From Thraustochytrium aureum (taxonomy: Eukaryota): a stretch of 64,000 bases of DNA. Position 1 is the first letter of the stretch, and the number at the start of each line of letters is the position of its first letter. The notes beneath the pieces were generated by a model. The model was not told where the DNA came from and searched no databases. It saw nothing but the letters and a program-made list of their open reading frames with translations. The stretch spans positions 9,447 to 73,446 of the forward strand of contig BLSG01000102.1 in assembly GCA_012862495.1 (NCBI GenBank), read 5' to 3'. The position numbers and the translations under genes were made by a program. This document shows, piece after piece, positions 23,910-37,394 of this stretch.

Positions 23910-26900
23910 ATGCTGCCCGTCGGCGAGCTCGAAGGCGCACTGGAGCGGTTCTATGCGCCGGGAACGAGCAACGAAGAGAAACGCAGTATTGAAAATGGGC
24001 TGGAGCAGCTCAAGCAGAACGAGAACGCGATTCAGTACGCTTGCAGCGTGCTGAACGAGACCTCGAACCAGTACGCTTTGTGGTTCGCCTGCGCCGTTCT
24101 CGAGCACGTGGTGCAGACGCGGTGGCAGCACACTGGGGACAAGGAAAGGATCCGCGAGTTCCTCTTCAAGCTGCTGGTTGACCGCGGCGCGGCGCTGCCA
24201 AAACTCGTCAGCAACAAGGTGAGCAAGGTGCTGGTGGAAATAGCTAAACACGACTGGCCAGAGCAGTACCCCGAGTTCTTCCTGCACGTAAAAACAGCGT
24301 GCGCCAGCGAGACCCATGCCTCGCGCCTCATTGGCTTGCAAATGCTGCTCACGACCACCGAGGAGTTCTCCACAGAAACCTCCAAGGTAGTCGTCAGCTC
24401 CCGCCGCAAGAACGAGCTGCGCAAGCTGCTGCGCAACGAGCTCGCTGACATCGTCTCCATCGTGGAGCGCAACCTGGAGCACGGAATCGCAGACCCATCG
24501 CGCCGCGGCTCGGAGCAAGCCACGCTGACGCTCACGTTTGACATTCTGCTGCACCAGATCCACTGGGCCCCGCTCAACCAGTGCTTCAGCGAGAAGGTCG
24601 TGGCCATGCTCCTCCAATACATGACGCTCACCGCCAGTCCCCACGCCGTCCAGGCCCTGAGCTGCGTCAACGAGCTGCTTGAGCGCAACTACATCCCCAA
24701 GGATTTTGACGAGTTTGTTGTCAAGGTGGCCCTCAGCGCGCTCGAAACCTTGCAGGTCCTTGCCACCAACCAAGAGCTCCTCGAGGACTGCGCCGACGGA
24801 TTCATCAACCAATACACGCGCTTCCTGTGCGTTTTCTTGCGCAAGCACCTGCGCAAGGTCGAGAAAACCTCGCAGTTCCCGAACGAGCGCTTCCTTGAGC
24901 TCCTCTCTGCGTATACGCTGGCGCAGCCCGCAGCAGAGGACTTTTTGCACTGCCTCGAGGCCTGGGCCGTCTACGTTCAGCTCGTGCAAGATGACCCCTC
25001 GCAACCCACTCGCGGCCTCTACGTCAAGGCCCTCTCGGCGTTCATGATGAAGCTCGTTGACCGCGTGTTGTGGCAAAAGTCGCAGGACGTCCTCGAGTGC
25101 ATCGACGACGATGCAACGGACCACGTCGAGGGCAGCGCAGAACGCGCCGCAGAAAGCAGCGCGCTCGGCAAGCTCACCGCCATGGAGACGATGACTGAGC
25201 TGAAGCGTACTTTACCCGCGTAGTTCGCTTCATCGGCGAAATCGCGGTGCTGCCCTCTGAAGCAGGCGCCGGGGCCGGCGTCAATGTCCTCCTGCTCGAG
25301 GTTGGGCGCAATCTGGAAATCACGCTCCCGCGATTGAGCACGGTGCTTTCCGGATCCTCCTCGGCCTCCAACGAGTCCACGCTCAACGCGGTGTCCGATG
25401 TCAGCTGGCTCTTCTCAATCGTGGCAGCCGTGGCCCCGTGCCTCGCCAGCCCGGAAAGGCTTGCAGACAGCTTTTCCATCATGCTACAGTTCCTGAAGTG
25501 GCCCGTGGAAGTGCTTGGAGCGGCTACCCACGTGCGCCTGTTCACGCGCGGCGCGCGCTACGTGCGCCTGCACGTCAGCGCGCTCCGCCTCGTCGCGTCT
25601 TTCGCGCCGTGGCTCCGCGCGGTAGGCTTACTCGCGAACAAGGTCTACGCTGTGGACGGCGAGGCCGCGGCGCTGCCGCAGGCCCTTGCCCAGGTTCCTG
25701 AGGCGGCCAGCTTTGCCGGCTCCCTGGACAACCACGTGTCGCAGCTCACAGAGCTAGCTCTCGCTTCGACGAGCTCGCAAATAAGCCCGCCGCCCGAGGA
25801 GGTGAGCGTGGCCGCCATCGGGCTCGTGGCGGCCATCGGCACTCAGATGCGGCCGCTAAACTTCTTTTCATACCCTGCGATCGCCCAAGTGGCGCAAAAC
25901 CTGGCGGCCTTCTCTGCGGGCCTCCCTATCGAAGCGCGCAGCGTGCTCTACCTGGCTTTGTCAGACTCTGTATTGGCCGCGGCCCGCTCCTCACCTGATC
26001 CGGCTTCCGCTCTGCAGCAGGCCGCACCAATGTACGATCAGATGTAGGCTCAGAAGCGCGTCGTCTCGTGGGACTGGTGGAGCAAATTCACCCCGAGACA
26101 GCGGACGGGGCCGCCATTGCGAACCGCGCCCAGGCCTGTCGTGCCCACCTGTGCATTTTGTCTGAACTGGCCCTCTCGCAAAACGCGGCACCCACGGTGA
26201 TGAGGGCCTTCGTAGCCCGGCACGTGCTCGTGGCTCTCCCCGCGACTGTCCAACTGATCGGCTTGCTCCTGCCGCCTTCGCAGAGCCCCGCGTCGGGCCA
26301 AGGACAGGACAGCGCGGGCGGTCGCCGCGGCGTTGCGTCCATGTCTTCGGGAACGGCGCGAGACGCGCTCGACCTCATCGTCAACACGCTTCGCGCGTTC
26401 GGCAAGCAGGCTGGCACCGCAGCCTGCCAAGACGCGATTGCCAAGCTAGTAAGCCTTTTTTGCGCCAAGGCGACAGCGCAATCGCTAGCTGAGACTGGCA
26501 GCGGCGGCGTTCTCCTGCTCTTGAAGCTCATGCGTCTCTTCGTCGTGCTAATGGATGAGCCCAGCAACTTTTTTAAGGGCCTCCTCCCAAGCGTGCTCTC
26601 GATGTGCTTCNNNNNNNNNNNNNNNNNNNNNNNNNNNNNNNNNNNNNNNNNNNNNNNNNNNNNNNNNNNNNNNNNNNNNNNNNNNNNNNNNNNNNNNNNN
26701 NNNNNNNNNNNNNNNNNNNNNNNNNNNNNNNNNNNNNNNNNNNNNNNNNNNNNNNNNNNNNNNNNNNNNNNNNNNNNNNNNNNNNNNNNNNNNNNNNNNN
26801 NNNNNNNNNNNNNNNNNNNNNNNNNNNNNNNNNNNNNNNNNNNNNNNNNNNNNNNNNNNNNNNNNNNNCAAAGCAAAGCGCACCTGGCCAGTTACCCGAG

Positions 26901-27492
26901 GAGGCCTTTGACCTGCTCGAGGTGCAGTACGACCTCTTGCACAAGGTGTTGCGCCAGCACTGGCGAACGTACTTTTTCAAGACGACCACGGCTCACTCGG
27001 TTGGCGCGCCGAAGGAGACGTTTTCGCCTCCGAGGAGAGCCGTCGGTTCTTTGTGCGCGCCATGGAGCTTCTCCTCGAATCGTTCCAGCAAGAGGGCATC
27101 CCGCCCAGCGTGTTCCGGCGCAATCTCAGCATCTTTGACGACCTCAACAGCACGCATCGCCTCTTCGACCAGCACGACTTTCGCCACACGATGCGGCCCG
27201 CGTTCATTCGGAGCTTGCTTCAACTCCTGGTCGCGAACTCGCACCAGCTGCTGGAGGAAGAGATCCTCGTCACCGTGTATGGGCTGGCGGTCGTTGACAT
27301 GCCTGGATTTTATGACTCGATCCTGCCCGACTTTGTCCGCTGGTACGTTCAGTCGGCTCGCAACGTGGAGCTCCCGAGCCAAACACTCTCCACTATACTC
27401 GGAAGTGTGCCTCGCGAGGTGGACATGCCGTCGTTCACACTCAACTTTCACGACTTTGCGAGCGATTTGCGGTTCTTTGTTGCAACGATGTA
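23910..27492 (+). CDS. XPO6: Exportin-6-like karyopherin-beta (actin/profilin nuclear export)
   Basis: N-term LERFYAPGTSNEEKRSIE..L..TSNQY, IAKHDWPEQYPEFF, SSRRKNELRKLL; C-term SHQLLEEEILVTVYGLAVVD..F....LPDF and DMPSFTLNFHDFASDLRFF resemble exportin-6 as recalled. Frameshifts near 25205, 26045 and 27035; internal gap. Confidence 0.85.
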
Positions 27493-29442
27493 GCTGCCAC
27501 CGCGCGAAACAGAGCATAAAAGGGTCGCGGTTGGGGCCCCGTTGCCTCCAGAACAGTGGTACCGGAGTCATGGCGCTCCGATTCGAATTCATGCTGTCGC
27601 CCGGGGTCGTGCGGGGTCACGTCCCACGACAACAAGGCGATGTGCAACGAGCCGGGAGATTCTACCTTTTCAAGAATGAAGAAGCGATTTGATTTTGTAC
27701 TCGGGCTCTCGCGGCCCCCCCACGCGACCTGGGCGCAGGCCGAGCCCTTCCAGGGGAATCGGCTGGGATTCTGTTTGCTAGCTCGGCGAGAGCTCCTTCT
27801 CGCTCTCCACGGTCTCGTCCAGAAGCAAGTTTGGATATACAAGACCGTACGCGTCGCGCATGGGCTGCGAAACTCGGCTGGCCCCACGCCTCTGCACACC
27901 GGGCAGGCTTGGCGGCAGTCGCGCGCGGCCGGCGCCGGGCTCTGTCGTGCTTCCTCCAGTCGGCCGCGGAGGAATGTGGCAAGCGGAAAGAGCAGGTGCC
28001 GATGCGCTTGTAGCTAAACCAGGCGCTGTCCTGGAGTCGTCATGAGTTTGCACGCGCTGCGCTCCCGCTGCTTCCCGACGCCGCCCTCGGCCGAGTTCTC
28101 CTGCTTGTCGAGGTGGCAGGATGTGCTGGGAACGCGGCCGAGGCCGGGACTCGGCCGCCGTCGAAGAAAACACGCCCAAACGCTCCAATTGCCGCCCTTG
28201 AGAGCTCGCCCGAGTCGAAAGAGGTTTTAATCGGGCTTGGCGTCGGCGTCGACACTGCGAAGGGGTTCGCCCGGTCGCTTCCTGACTTGCCAGATGAAAG
28301 ACGGGGCCGACAGCAAGTTTCGGCGAGTCGCTGCTTTCTCCAATGCCCATGGGCCGCGGACGGTACAACGCGTGGGCAGACACTGACTGGCGAGCAGGCA
28401 CCTCGCCCGCGTCCCTCTCGCCTGCGAGCTCAAGCAGCAAGTCGCGTGTCGACCTCGTGCACTGCGACGACCGCAGGACGCGAACTCGTGGCAGTGACTC
28501 GCCTGGGTTGAAGAGGACCTTTGCGCTCGCCAATCCTGCCCCACTGTGCGACTGCGACGCCTCTGGAGATGCAAGTCGCGCGCCGGCGCTTCCACGATCT
28601 CCGGGCACACTGGCGGTTGTCACCACGTTTTGCGCTGTGTCTGTGTCTGGGACGCGCCAAATCGACTCGGCGTCCTTGNNNNNNNNNNNNNNNNNNNNNN
28701 NNNNNNNNNNNNNNNNNNNNNNNNNNNNNNNNNNNNNNNNNNNNNNNNNNNNNNNNNNNNNNNNNNNNNNNNNNNNNNNNNNNNNNNNNNNNNNNNNNNN
28801 NNNNNNNNNNNNNNNNNNNNNNNNNNNNNNNNNNNNNNNNNNNNNNNNNNNNNNNNNNNNNNNNNNNNNNNNNNNNNNNNNNNNNNNNNNNNNNNNNNNN
28901 NNNNNNNNNNNNNNNNNNNNNNNNNNNNNNNNNNNNNNNNNNNNNNNNNNNNNNNNNNNNNNNNNNNNNNNNNNNNNNNNNNNNNNNNNNNNNNNNNNNN
29001 NNNNNNNNNNNNNNNNNNNNNNNNNNNNNNNNNNNNNNNNNNNNNNNNNNNNNNNNNNNNNNNNNNNNNNNNNNNNNNNNNNNNNNNNNNNNNNNNNNNN
29101 NNNNNNNNNNNNNNNNNNNNNNNNNNNNNNNNNNNNNNNNNNNNNNNNNNNNNNNNNNNNNNNNNNNNNNNNNNNNNNNNNNNNNNNNNNNNNNNNNNNN
29201 NNNNNNNNNNNNNNNNNNNNNNNNNNNNNNNNNNNNNNNNNNNNNNNNNNNNNNNNNNNNNNNNNNNNNNNNNNNNNNNNNNNNNNNNNNNNNNNNNNNN
29301 NNNNNNNNNNNNNNNNNNNNNNNNNNNNNNNNNNNNNNNNNNNNNNNNNNNNNNNNNNNNNNNNNNNNNNNNNNNNNNNNNNNNNNNNNNNNNNNNNNNN
29401 NNNNNNNNNNNNNNNNNNNNNNNNNNNNNNNNNNNNNNNNNN

Positions 29443-32400
29443 CCCTCCCGAGACTCGGCCTCCGCAAACCGCTTGGCAAGCTTGGCTGCGAGGCGGCTGA
29501 CAACCTTTGGCGATTCCTTGAGCGTTGGACCGACCAAAAACACGTCGCTGGCTGAGAGCAGGCGGTCGCTTGCTGCCTCGCGCGCCACGCTCTTCTGAGA
29601 GGCGTTCGGTTTGCTCTCGTGTTTCACAGGCGTGCCCGGGCCCTCAATCTCATCCGCCACTTCAACGTTTTCCTCTGGTTGCCTGCGGAGCCGCTTGTCC
29701 AGTTCCGCTCGAAGCTGGCGCTCGAATTCCTCGCGCTCCCGCTTCTCCTCGGCGGCAAGCTTTCGGCGATCGGCTTCGGACGCCTCGCGCTTTGCTTCCT
29801 CTTGCAGGACCTCGCCGCCGAAAAGCAGTCCTCGGCTCTCCCCGAAAATCTCAGTGAGGCGCTTGCGGGACTCCTGTTTGTCGACGTTCTTGCCGTCCAA
29901 GCGGACAATCGCCACGCTCGTTTTGCGTCGGAATTCCAGGTCGAATGAGGCTTCGTTCCGCCTCACCTGCTTGAGGACGCGGCGCCCCTCATGGTCGTCT
30001 CTGTCTAGCGGCTTTGAGAGTTCAAGCAGCGGGTCCGAGTCAAGCGGGTTGGAGCGCGATCTTGTCCTCTGCGCCTTGATTACGTCTGCCTTCGACAGGC
30101 GTACAGAGACGTCGCGGCTTGTGCGGCCCAAGACTTGTGAACGCCGTGCCCCCTCCTCCTCATCAGTCATGAGACGAATGGGGACGAGCCCCTCGCGAAT
30201 CGACCCACCATCCTCGCTCGTGTTGGAAGAGCCAGCATCGTCGTCGTCTTCCTCCTCAACGCAGGTTCCCAACGTTGAAAGGCTTGCTCCAGTATGGAAC
30301 GAGCCGGCTTGCTGCCTGCTCTTTTCAAGCATGTCCAAGGTGGAGGCTTCCCCGCTCGAGCTGGATGAGGCTGCGGACGACGCAGAACTGAAGCTGCGCG
30401 GCGAATCGACGCTGCTCGCTGACCCTGGGCTATCGCCTGCCAAGCTCAACATCGGCTCGTCGCTGTCCGGCCTCCGCTCCACAACTACAGTGGGCGAGAA
30501 GGGCGTCTCCTCGTCGCTGGTATCCTCCGCAGGCGCCTCGAGTTCCGAAGCCTGGACCTTTTCGTCGTCAAGGATGCCAATGTCGCGTTCATCGCTCACC
30601 AAAGCACCCTCCTCGGTCGTCAAGTCCGTTGGCGGAGACTCTTTGCTGCTAGCCTCTTGCGCGGGCTCCTCCTCGGCTTTCTCAATTAGGGCTTCGGAGA
30701 TGCGCGAAAATGTTGCGAGGCGGCTGGCCCCTCTGGTACATCGGCAGCTGAGTTCGGCCCGCCCAACCATGCGCTTCCGTTTGGCATCTCTTGTTCTGGG
30801 TCCAAGGCGGGTTGGTTCGCGCTCGTGCGTTGAAGGGCACCAGCTTCGAGTTCGCTGAGCATTGCGTCAAGATCCAGCTCTGACAGAAAAGGCGCCTGTG
30901 GGTCTCGAGCCTTGGCGCATTCCTCCTCCTCGTACAAGCGCAGGGTCCTCCACTCCGTGACAACGTGCTCAAGAAGATCCTCGACCGTCTCTGCATCGGA
31001 CTTGTCATGGTCTGCCGACCCACGCAATTTGCGGATGTCGGCTTCGAGAAGCGCCTCTTGCTTGTCCAGGCTGTTCAGTTCTTGCGCCTTGCCTTGGAAG
31101 GCTTGGTTGTGGATCTGGTTGGCCTGAGCCTTTTGCAAGCGCAACCGTGAGACCTCTGCAGAGTACTCTTCTATGGCGATGAGCATGGCCTCCTCTTCTC
31201 GCACGAGCCCCTTGTAACGGACAGAGCGCCCTTGTTTGCGGCGTTTGAGTTCAGCCATGTCTCGCTGCGCCGCGCTCAGGCGGTTCCGCGCCTTGGTGAG
31301 CTCCTCTTGCGCGCAGCTGAGTTGCTTGTCGATGGCAAGCGTTGCACCAACCGTCTGACGTCTTTCCGAGTTGAGTGCCTTTGCTGTGACGCGTCGCGAC
31401 CTGCGAAGTTCGTTCTTTGTCATGTCCAGCTTGTCTGCTTCCTCCCGTTGCACTTCCACCTGTTGGAGAAGCTCAAAGCGACGCGAGAGGAGCGCGATCA
31501 ATTCGTCCTCCAATCGCGCAATACGCTCTGCGTGCAGGCTAGCCGCCTTTGCCCACAACTCGGCAAGCGTTTCGCGGCCGCCAGCCGAGTCTGCGCGGGC
31601 TTTGTCATGACCTTGGGCCAAGTCTTGAGCAAGCGCCAAAGCGGCATCCCGCGCGAGGTCTCCGGGCAAGCGAACGACCACGTCGAGCTGGGAACGCAGT
31701 TGTGCAGTCATTTCGCGGTCGTGAAAGTAAGCCCGAAAGGGCTTGCCCCCGCTTCGCCGATTTGCGTCGGCCACTGCTGCCGAAAGGCCCGTTCCACGCG
31801 TCCAGGCAGGGTGCAGAGGCTTTTGGGCCAGCAAACACTGGCCCGACTCGACCTCGGTTACCAAGTACTCCCTGTCGCCCTTGCCACGAAAGGCGAGCGG
31901 GTAGATCTCTTCAGGATTTCCCTCGCCAAGCTCGCCATTCGTGGAGCTGCTGGTCGCTGCGCCTTTCCAGCGTGTCGAAGCATTGGAATTTGACGAGCTC
32001 CACTTTGCAACACCGCCACTGCGCTGGGAGCGCTGGTTGGTGAGGAACTTCAACTCGACCTTGCTCACGTGGCTGATGTTGTTCACTGCTTTGAATTGCT
32101 CCAGGTTTCCGCGCAGCAGGCCGCGACTGAGCAGCCCTTTATCGCGTTCAAACCGCTTTTTGAGGGCCGCTTCCCGACGTCCCACGATTGCATTGTGTAC
32201 GTCCTCCAGTTGGCCCAGATCAGTCGGGACAGCAGCGACCCTTTGCAAGCGAAGGGCGGACGCTTGGGCTAGCGACTTGCTCGAAGGGCCAGAATCCAGG
32301 CTTGACCTTGAGAGCGCAACGAGGCGAAACAGTTCGGCAGAGTTCAGGTGGCCCCATGAAACACGTCGCCGCGTCTGCCGATAAACACGGCGCTCAGCGA

Positions 32401-33268
32401 CCGTGAAGTGGTGGCCTGAGACGCGCTTTACGTGCGCTTTGAAGAGCTGCTGCATCTTGGGATTAATGGCGAGGTCCATTGGGGTGCGGCCCTCGTCGTT
32501 CGTGAGCAACACGGGAGCCCCGGCTTGGATGAGGAGAAGCGCTAGGTCCAAAAACTGATCGTGCAGGTGGCAGGCCGCCAGGTGGAGAGGCGTGTTGCCG
32601 TTCTCGTCAGGCATGTCTACTGCATAGTCCCCAAATACAGCAAGCGCTTCAAATTGCTGCTTCTCGTCAGTGTCTCTTTCCGAGGGCTCGTTGCCGCCAT
32701 GCACTGTTGCCGATTCGTCCTTGCTTGCTGCGGGGCACGCCGTGGGAGCAGACGTTTGCAGGGCGGCAGAGGCACCTGGTGGCGCTGATGCAGCGAGAGC
32801 CTTGCGCAACTGGATGTCCATCAAGCGCTTTCTCTCGTCGATGTCGGAGAGCTTGGCCACCTTGACAACTCTCTGCATCGAAGCTAAGAGACAAATGCCG
32901 TGTCCACGTCGCCTTTGCTTGCCGCTGTATGCAGCCGGGTATTGCAGCGAAACCGGGCTGGAGACCTTGCAGCATTCGCGTCCGTTTTCTTAGCAAGGCT
33001 GATCCCGGCTTTTTTAACCTCGTGGCCCCGCCCGAGCATCCACGAAGACATGGTATCGAGGTCGGCGGAGTCCTCCAGGTCCCAGTACTGCGGGGCGCGG
33101 TTGCGAGAAACGTTAAGGCATAGTGCGAGGTCCTCAACAGAGCTAAGGTCAACGTTTGAAACTGGGCCGTCTGGCACGTCAAGCAGCCCTGAAAGAGTCG
33201 AGGCGGTCTGCGCCGACCTCCAACCTCGCGCGCTAATGGCGGCCCTTTTGCGCGCCGCTGGGCACTCG
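29443..33268 (-). CDS. Ankyrin-repeat + long coiled-coil + acidic low-complexity protein (probably the middle part of a larger gene)
   Basis: NTRLHTAASKGD, DENGNTPLHLAAC..LLIQAGA..NDEGRTPMDLA; heptad-rich coiled coil; frameshifts near 32890 and ~30800. Confidence 0.7.
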
Positions 33269-33538
33269 CNNNNNNNNNNNNNNNNNNNNNNNNNNNNNNN
33301 NNNNNNNNNNNNNNNNNNNNNNNNNNNNNNNNNNNNNNNNNNNNNNNNNNNNNNNNNNNNNNNNNNNNNNNNNNNNNNNNNNNNNNNNNNNNNNNNNNNN
33401 NNNNNNNNNNNNNNNNNNNNNNNNNNNNNNNNNNNNNNNNNNNNNNNNNNNNNNNNNNNNNNNNNNNNNNNNNNNNNNNNNNNNNNNNNNNNNNNNNNNN
33501 NNNNNNNNNNNNNNNNNNNNNNNNNNNNNNNNNNNNNN

Positions 33539-35236
33539 ATTCCTGAAAAACGCAAAGGAAACCATGTCCCAAGAGCGCCGACGGATGCAGAGGTCACGCC
33601 AGGCCCGCCAACACCTCATGAGCCAAACGTGAGCGTTGCGGCCCTGCCACACACAGAGAGCCTCCGTTGCGAGCCCAGCAGCTCGAGTCTCGTACGAAAG
33701 CAAGCGGTCGGTCTGGAGGAGGCGCACGCTGCGCGCATCCCCTTGGCGCGAGCGCCACCGACGGAGCAAAACCCTCTTCTGCGAGCTCCTCAAGTTGGTG
33801 GAAAGGTACTGCTTTACGACTCTGAGGCGGCGCTTTCGCTGCGCCCAGCTGATCCACGCATGAAGGATCTTGCGCTGAAAGCGAAGGACCCCTCCGCGCT
33901 GCCGTGCGTATGCAAACCAGTGTTGCATGACGAGGACTTGCCGCTTGTACCTGTATTGGTTTCTTGCCATCTCATCAAAGACGCGAGCCTGCTTGCGCAT
34001 TGCGGCAAACAGCTTGACTCGTGCGAAATAGCGTCGCATCGCGACGACGGGTCCAAGTATGGCAGCTCGTGCTTTGACTCCTGCGCGGCGCACGTAGTGG
34101 CGAACCCACTCGTCCCACTCGACGAGGCGTTCTGCAAAACACGGTGCGTCCTCGCCTCGCCGCGTTCGCTTTTTGAACAGCGCAAGGCGATGCCACATCT
34201 GAAAGCACAACCGCACGCGCTCAGCAAGCCAGAACCGTGTCGATGGGTCGCGGCGGCCGATCTTTGCCATTCGCGCCAAGTGGACCGACGCCTTGTGGCG
34301 GCGAAGGTTGATATCGCGCAAGTGCAGTCGCCAGGCGTTCCAAGCGGCCTGCTTGACTCGCAGCTGGGTGAGCTGACGAACGCGTTGCAAAATCACTTGG
34401 TCGCGCCGTGCCTCGACCCGGGAGAAACGGGTCGTCAGCAGGGAGTCGCGCGGGCCAGGCAGCTGCCGTGCAGGTTTTCCACCAAGCGACACCAGCGCAG
34501 TGTGCCGATCTTGAGCGGCGTCGTTCATGGCAGGGTCATTGGCGGCGTGACTGACGGTATCAACTTCGCTGAGGCCGTGCGAGTCAGCACACCGGATGAG
34601 TTTGCCAAGAAAGTTTCCGTCGCGCTCCTGGGCCATGCGCACAATAAGCTCGCGCGACTCGAGGATCTCACTTGTCAGAGCGCGCCACATGAGCAAGTAC
34701 CGTCGGCGCACGAAGGTATGCAACACGCGCTTGGCTCGCAGAAAGTTCACCCACGTTTGAAGCGCGGCTTGCATCCGCTTTTTCCTCCGCAGCCGGATTT
34801 TAACAAACTTTGCTCTGCAAAACGACATGCGCCAGCACGCCTGAACCTTGCAAGCTGCAGGTTCCTGCCTGACCTTTCGTTTGAACTCGCTCAGGAAGGC
34901 GTGGATCTCTATTTCACCGTACGTGTCGTTTCTCCGCTTCCTGGCATCCTCTCGCTGCCTGGCATAGGATAGGGCCCGTTCCGCGTGCTCCTCCCACCGC
35001 TCGTCAATGCCGTCGGCGCTTCCCTTGGGCCGCCTGCCTAATAATGTGCTTTCCAGGGCGCCGACACGGTGCGAAGCGAACGCGAGGACACGTTGGAGTG
35101 TCGAGACCGCTTCCCCGCACACGCTGGATGACGACGACGCCAACGAGTCGCCAACAGATGCGGCATCATCGGTCGACACGGCCCATTGCTCAACATTCTC
35201 CTCCTCTGTCGCTGGCCCAGCCGCAGCCCCGTCCAT
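33539..35236 (-). CDS. IQ-motif / Sfi1-like Trp-repeat basic helical protein (N-terminal part)
   Basis: AACKVQACWR (IQ-like); recurring hydrophobic-x-x-W motifs (ALQTW, AWNAW, CFQMW, VMQHW, ILHAW, LLRRW, CWRAW) in an Arg/Lys-rich helix; open into gap. Confidence 0.6.
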
Positions 35237-35870
35237 TGCCAACGCGCGGTCTCGCCAGGAGCTCGGCAAAGCAGCGGCCAAGCGCTCGCCCGACCCGGAA
35301 CTTGTGCGCGCTCGACCGCAGCGCCCTGATGCGTACTGCAGGCGCAAGACACCCAGGGGCGGGGTCGCCTCGCTCCGGCCACAGGCCACGGCGCGCAGCG
35401 GCTGCTGCTACGGCCCGCCCTGCTGCACTGCCGGCGCCAGCCACTCGCGCATGTTACGGCATCGGAGAACGGAATTCAAACGAGAGCCGTTGGGGTCGGA
35501 CGCTGCAACGTTTGTCTCTGGTACAACTTTGNNNNNNNNNNNNNNNNNNNNNNNNNNNNNNNNNNNNNNNNNNNNNNNNNNNNNNNNNNNNNNNNNNNNN
35601 NNNNNNNNNNNNNNNNNNNNNNNNNNNNNNNNNNNNNNNNNNNNNNNNNNNNNNNNNNNNNNNNNNNNNNNNNNNNNNNNNNNNNNNNNNNNNNNNNNNN
35701 NNNNNNNNNNNNNNNNNNNNNNNNNNNNNNNNNNNNNNNNNNNNNNNNNNNNNNNNNNNNNNNNNNNNNNNNNNNNNNNNNNNNNNNNNNNNNNNNNNNN
35801 NNNNNNNNNNNNNNNNNNNNNNNNNNNNNNNNNNNNNNNNNNNNNNNNNNNNNNNNNNNNNNNNNNNNNN

Positions 35871-37394
35871 GTGGCAGGCGGCTTGGAGGCAAATCGTCAG
35901 TTTGCGCGTGCCCGTCGTTTCGCAGTCGCTCGATCATGTCACGCTTCAGATTATCGCTGAAGGAGTAGTCCCACTCGGATGCGCTAAACGCCTCCTCGAC
36001 AATCGAGCTCACCGCTTGCTCCCCTCGCGCGGCCTTGATCTTGCCGACAATAGTGCCGTACAGGACGTCTTTTCATGTCTGCCCAGGCGGACAAGGCAGA
36101 GCGTTGAGCAGCACCGTGAGCTTCGCCGTGACTTTCGTCAGCCTGTTCTGCCGGGTCGACCGCTGGGTTTTCCTGCTGGCCACTGCCGCGATACGAGCGC
36201 TTCGGCGTCGAGGGCGGCGTGGCCGGGCGCGCACAGTTGGCCTCGGTAGCGGGTACGACCTGAGCTCTGCTCGAGGAGCTTTTCTGCAGCTCGTCCGCTG
36301 GCTCGCTCTCTGTGTCGCTCGCCGCTCGCTCGCGCTGTGCGCTGCGAATTTTGACGTCAAGGTTGTGGTACCCTGTCTCCGTGCGACCAATCTTAAACGT
36401 TGTGGGGTCCGACGCGAACTAGTGTCGATGATGATTTGGGTGGCGAAATGGCAAGGAAGGTGCAGGTGGGTCGCGGCGCGATCGGGCGGGCTCGACCCGC
36501 TCACGCCATACACTTACAAGCGGGACCTCGCCGTGCGTCACTGAGACGAAGAGCGGCGGCTCGTAGTCGTTGGGAGTCGAGTCGTTGTAAGAGAGATAGA
36601 CTGAGATCCACTTGTCTTCCGGGAGCGCCTGCGCGGTTGCCCGTTGCGGTGGTCAGGCACGGCGCTGCCTTTCGCTCCGCGAGGCCTCCAGCGGCAAAGG
36701 GTACTTACCGGGAGCGAGGTAATGATGCTGCTTAGACGGCGGATCATCGACCGTGTCTGCGCCGCCACCTCTTTGCGTGTCGGGCGGGCTGCGCTTGAGC
36801 CCGAGCTTGCAACTTGCGCCACCTTGCGACGGAACCCGCCATGCCGGCTGCTCGCGTCCTCCTTCTCGATGGTCTCCTTGTCGTAGTCGACCTTGAACGA
36901 GTAGCTCTCCAAGATGTTGTTGGCGTTGTCAGCGCCGTCGCTCGGGTCGCTGTTGTGGATGTTAAACATGATTCGCTCAACGTAGCGCTTCTCCAGAGCA
37001 TCGAACACACCCTTCTCGAGGTAGTCGCAGTACTGGAGCGCCGCTTCGCTCACGACGCCATTCTCGTTGCGCGGCTTGAGGATGAAGAGCTCCGTGCCGC
37101 ACTTTTCAACCCACGCCGTGCGTCAGCACAGGTTGGATCGGTCTGTCCCCGAGGCCGGCACAAACGGACTTACGTATTCCTTGCTTTGGAAAGCGTCCTC
37201 CGGGAAAAGCCCACGCTGGAACGCCACGGTTGACATTGCGATGCGCAGGCTGTTTCTGTTTCCGCACCAACGACTCAACTCAGCTTTCATTCGCGCGCAT
37301 CCCGACTGCGTCCGGGCGCGACTTACTTCATACACGCGACGCTCGCCTTGAGCGTGAACTGGTCTTGCTTTTGCGCTCCACGGGTAGCCTGCAT
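35871..37394 (-). CDS. HOP1: HORMA-domain meiotic axis protein (HOP1/ASY1/HORMAD-like), at least 4 introns; 3' end in gap
   Basis: Spliced product MQATRGAQKQDQFTLKASVACMKNSLRIAMSTVAFQRGLFPEDAF..YLEKGVFDALEKRYV..LESYSFKVDY..MIRRL..LPALPEDKWISVYLSYNDSTPNDYEPPLF; GTAAGT donors at 37326, 37173, 36708 and 36516. Confidence 0.88.

Noticed and set aside
32900..34972. Long antisense ORFs (e.g. 32900..34972 +, 23874..25124 -, 50333..51583 +)
   Set aside because: Shadow ORFs expected opposite GC-rich coding sequence; no recognisable motifs.
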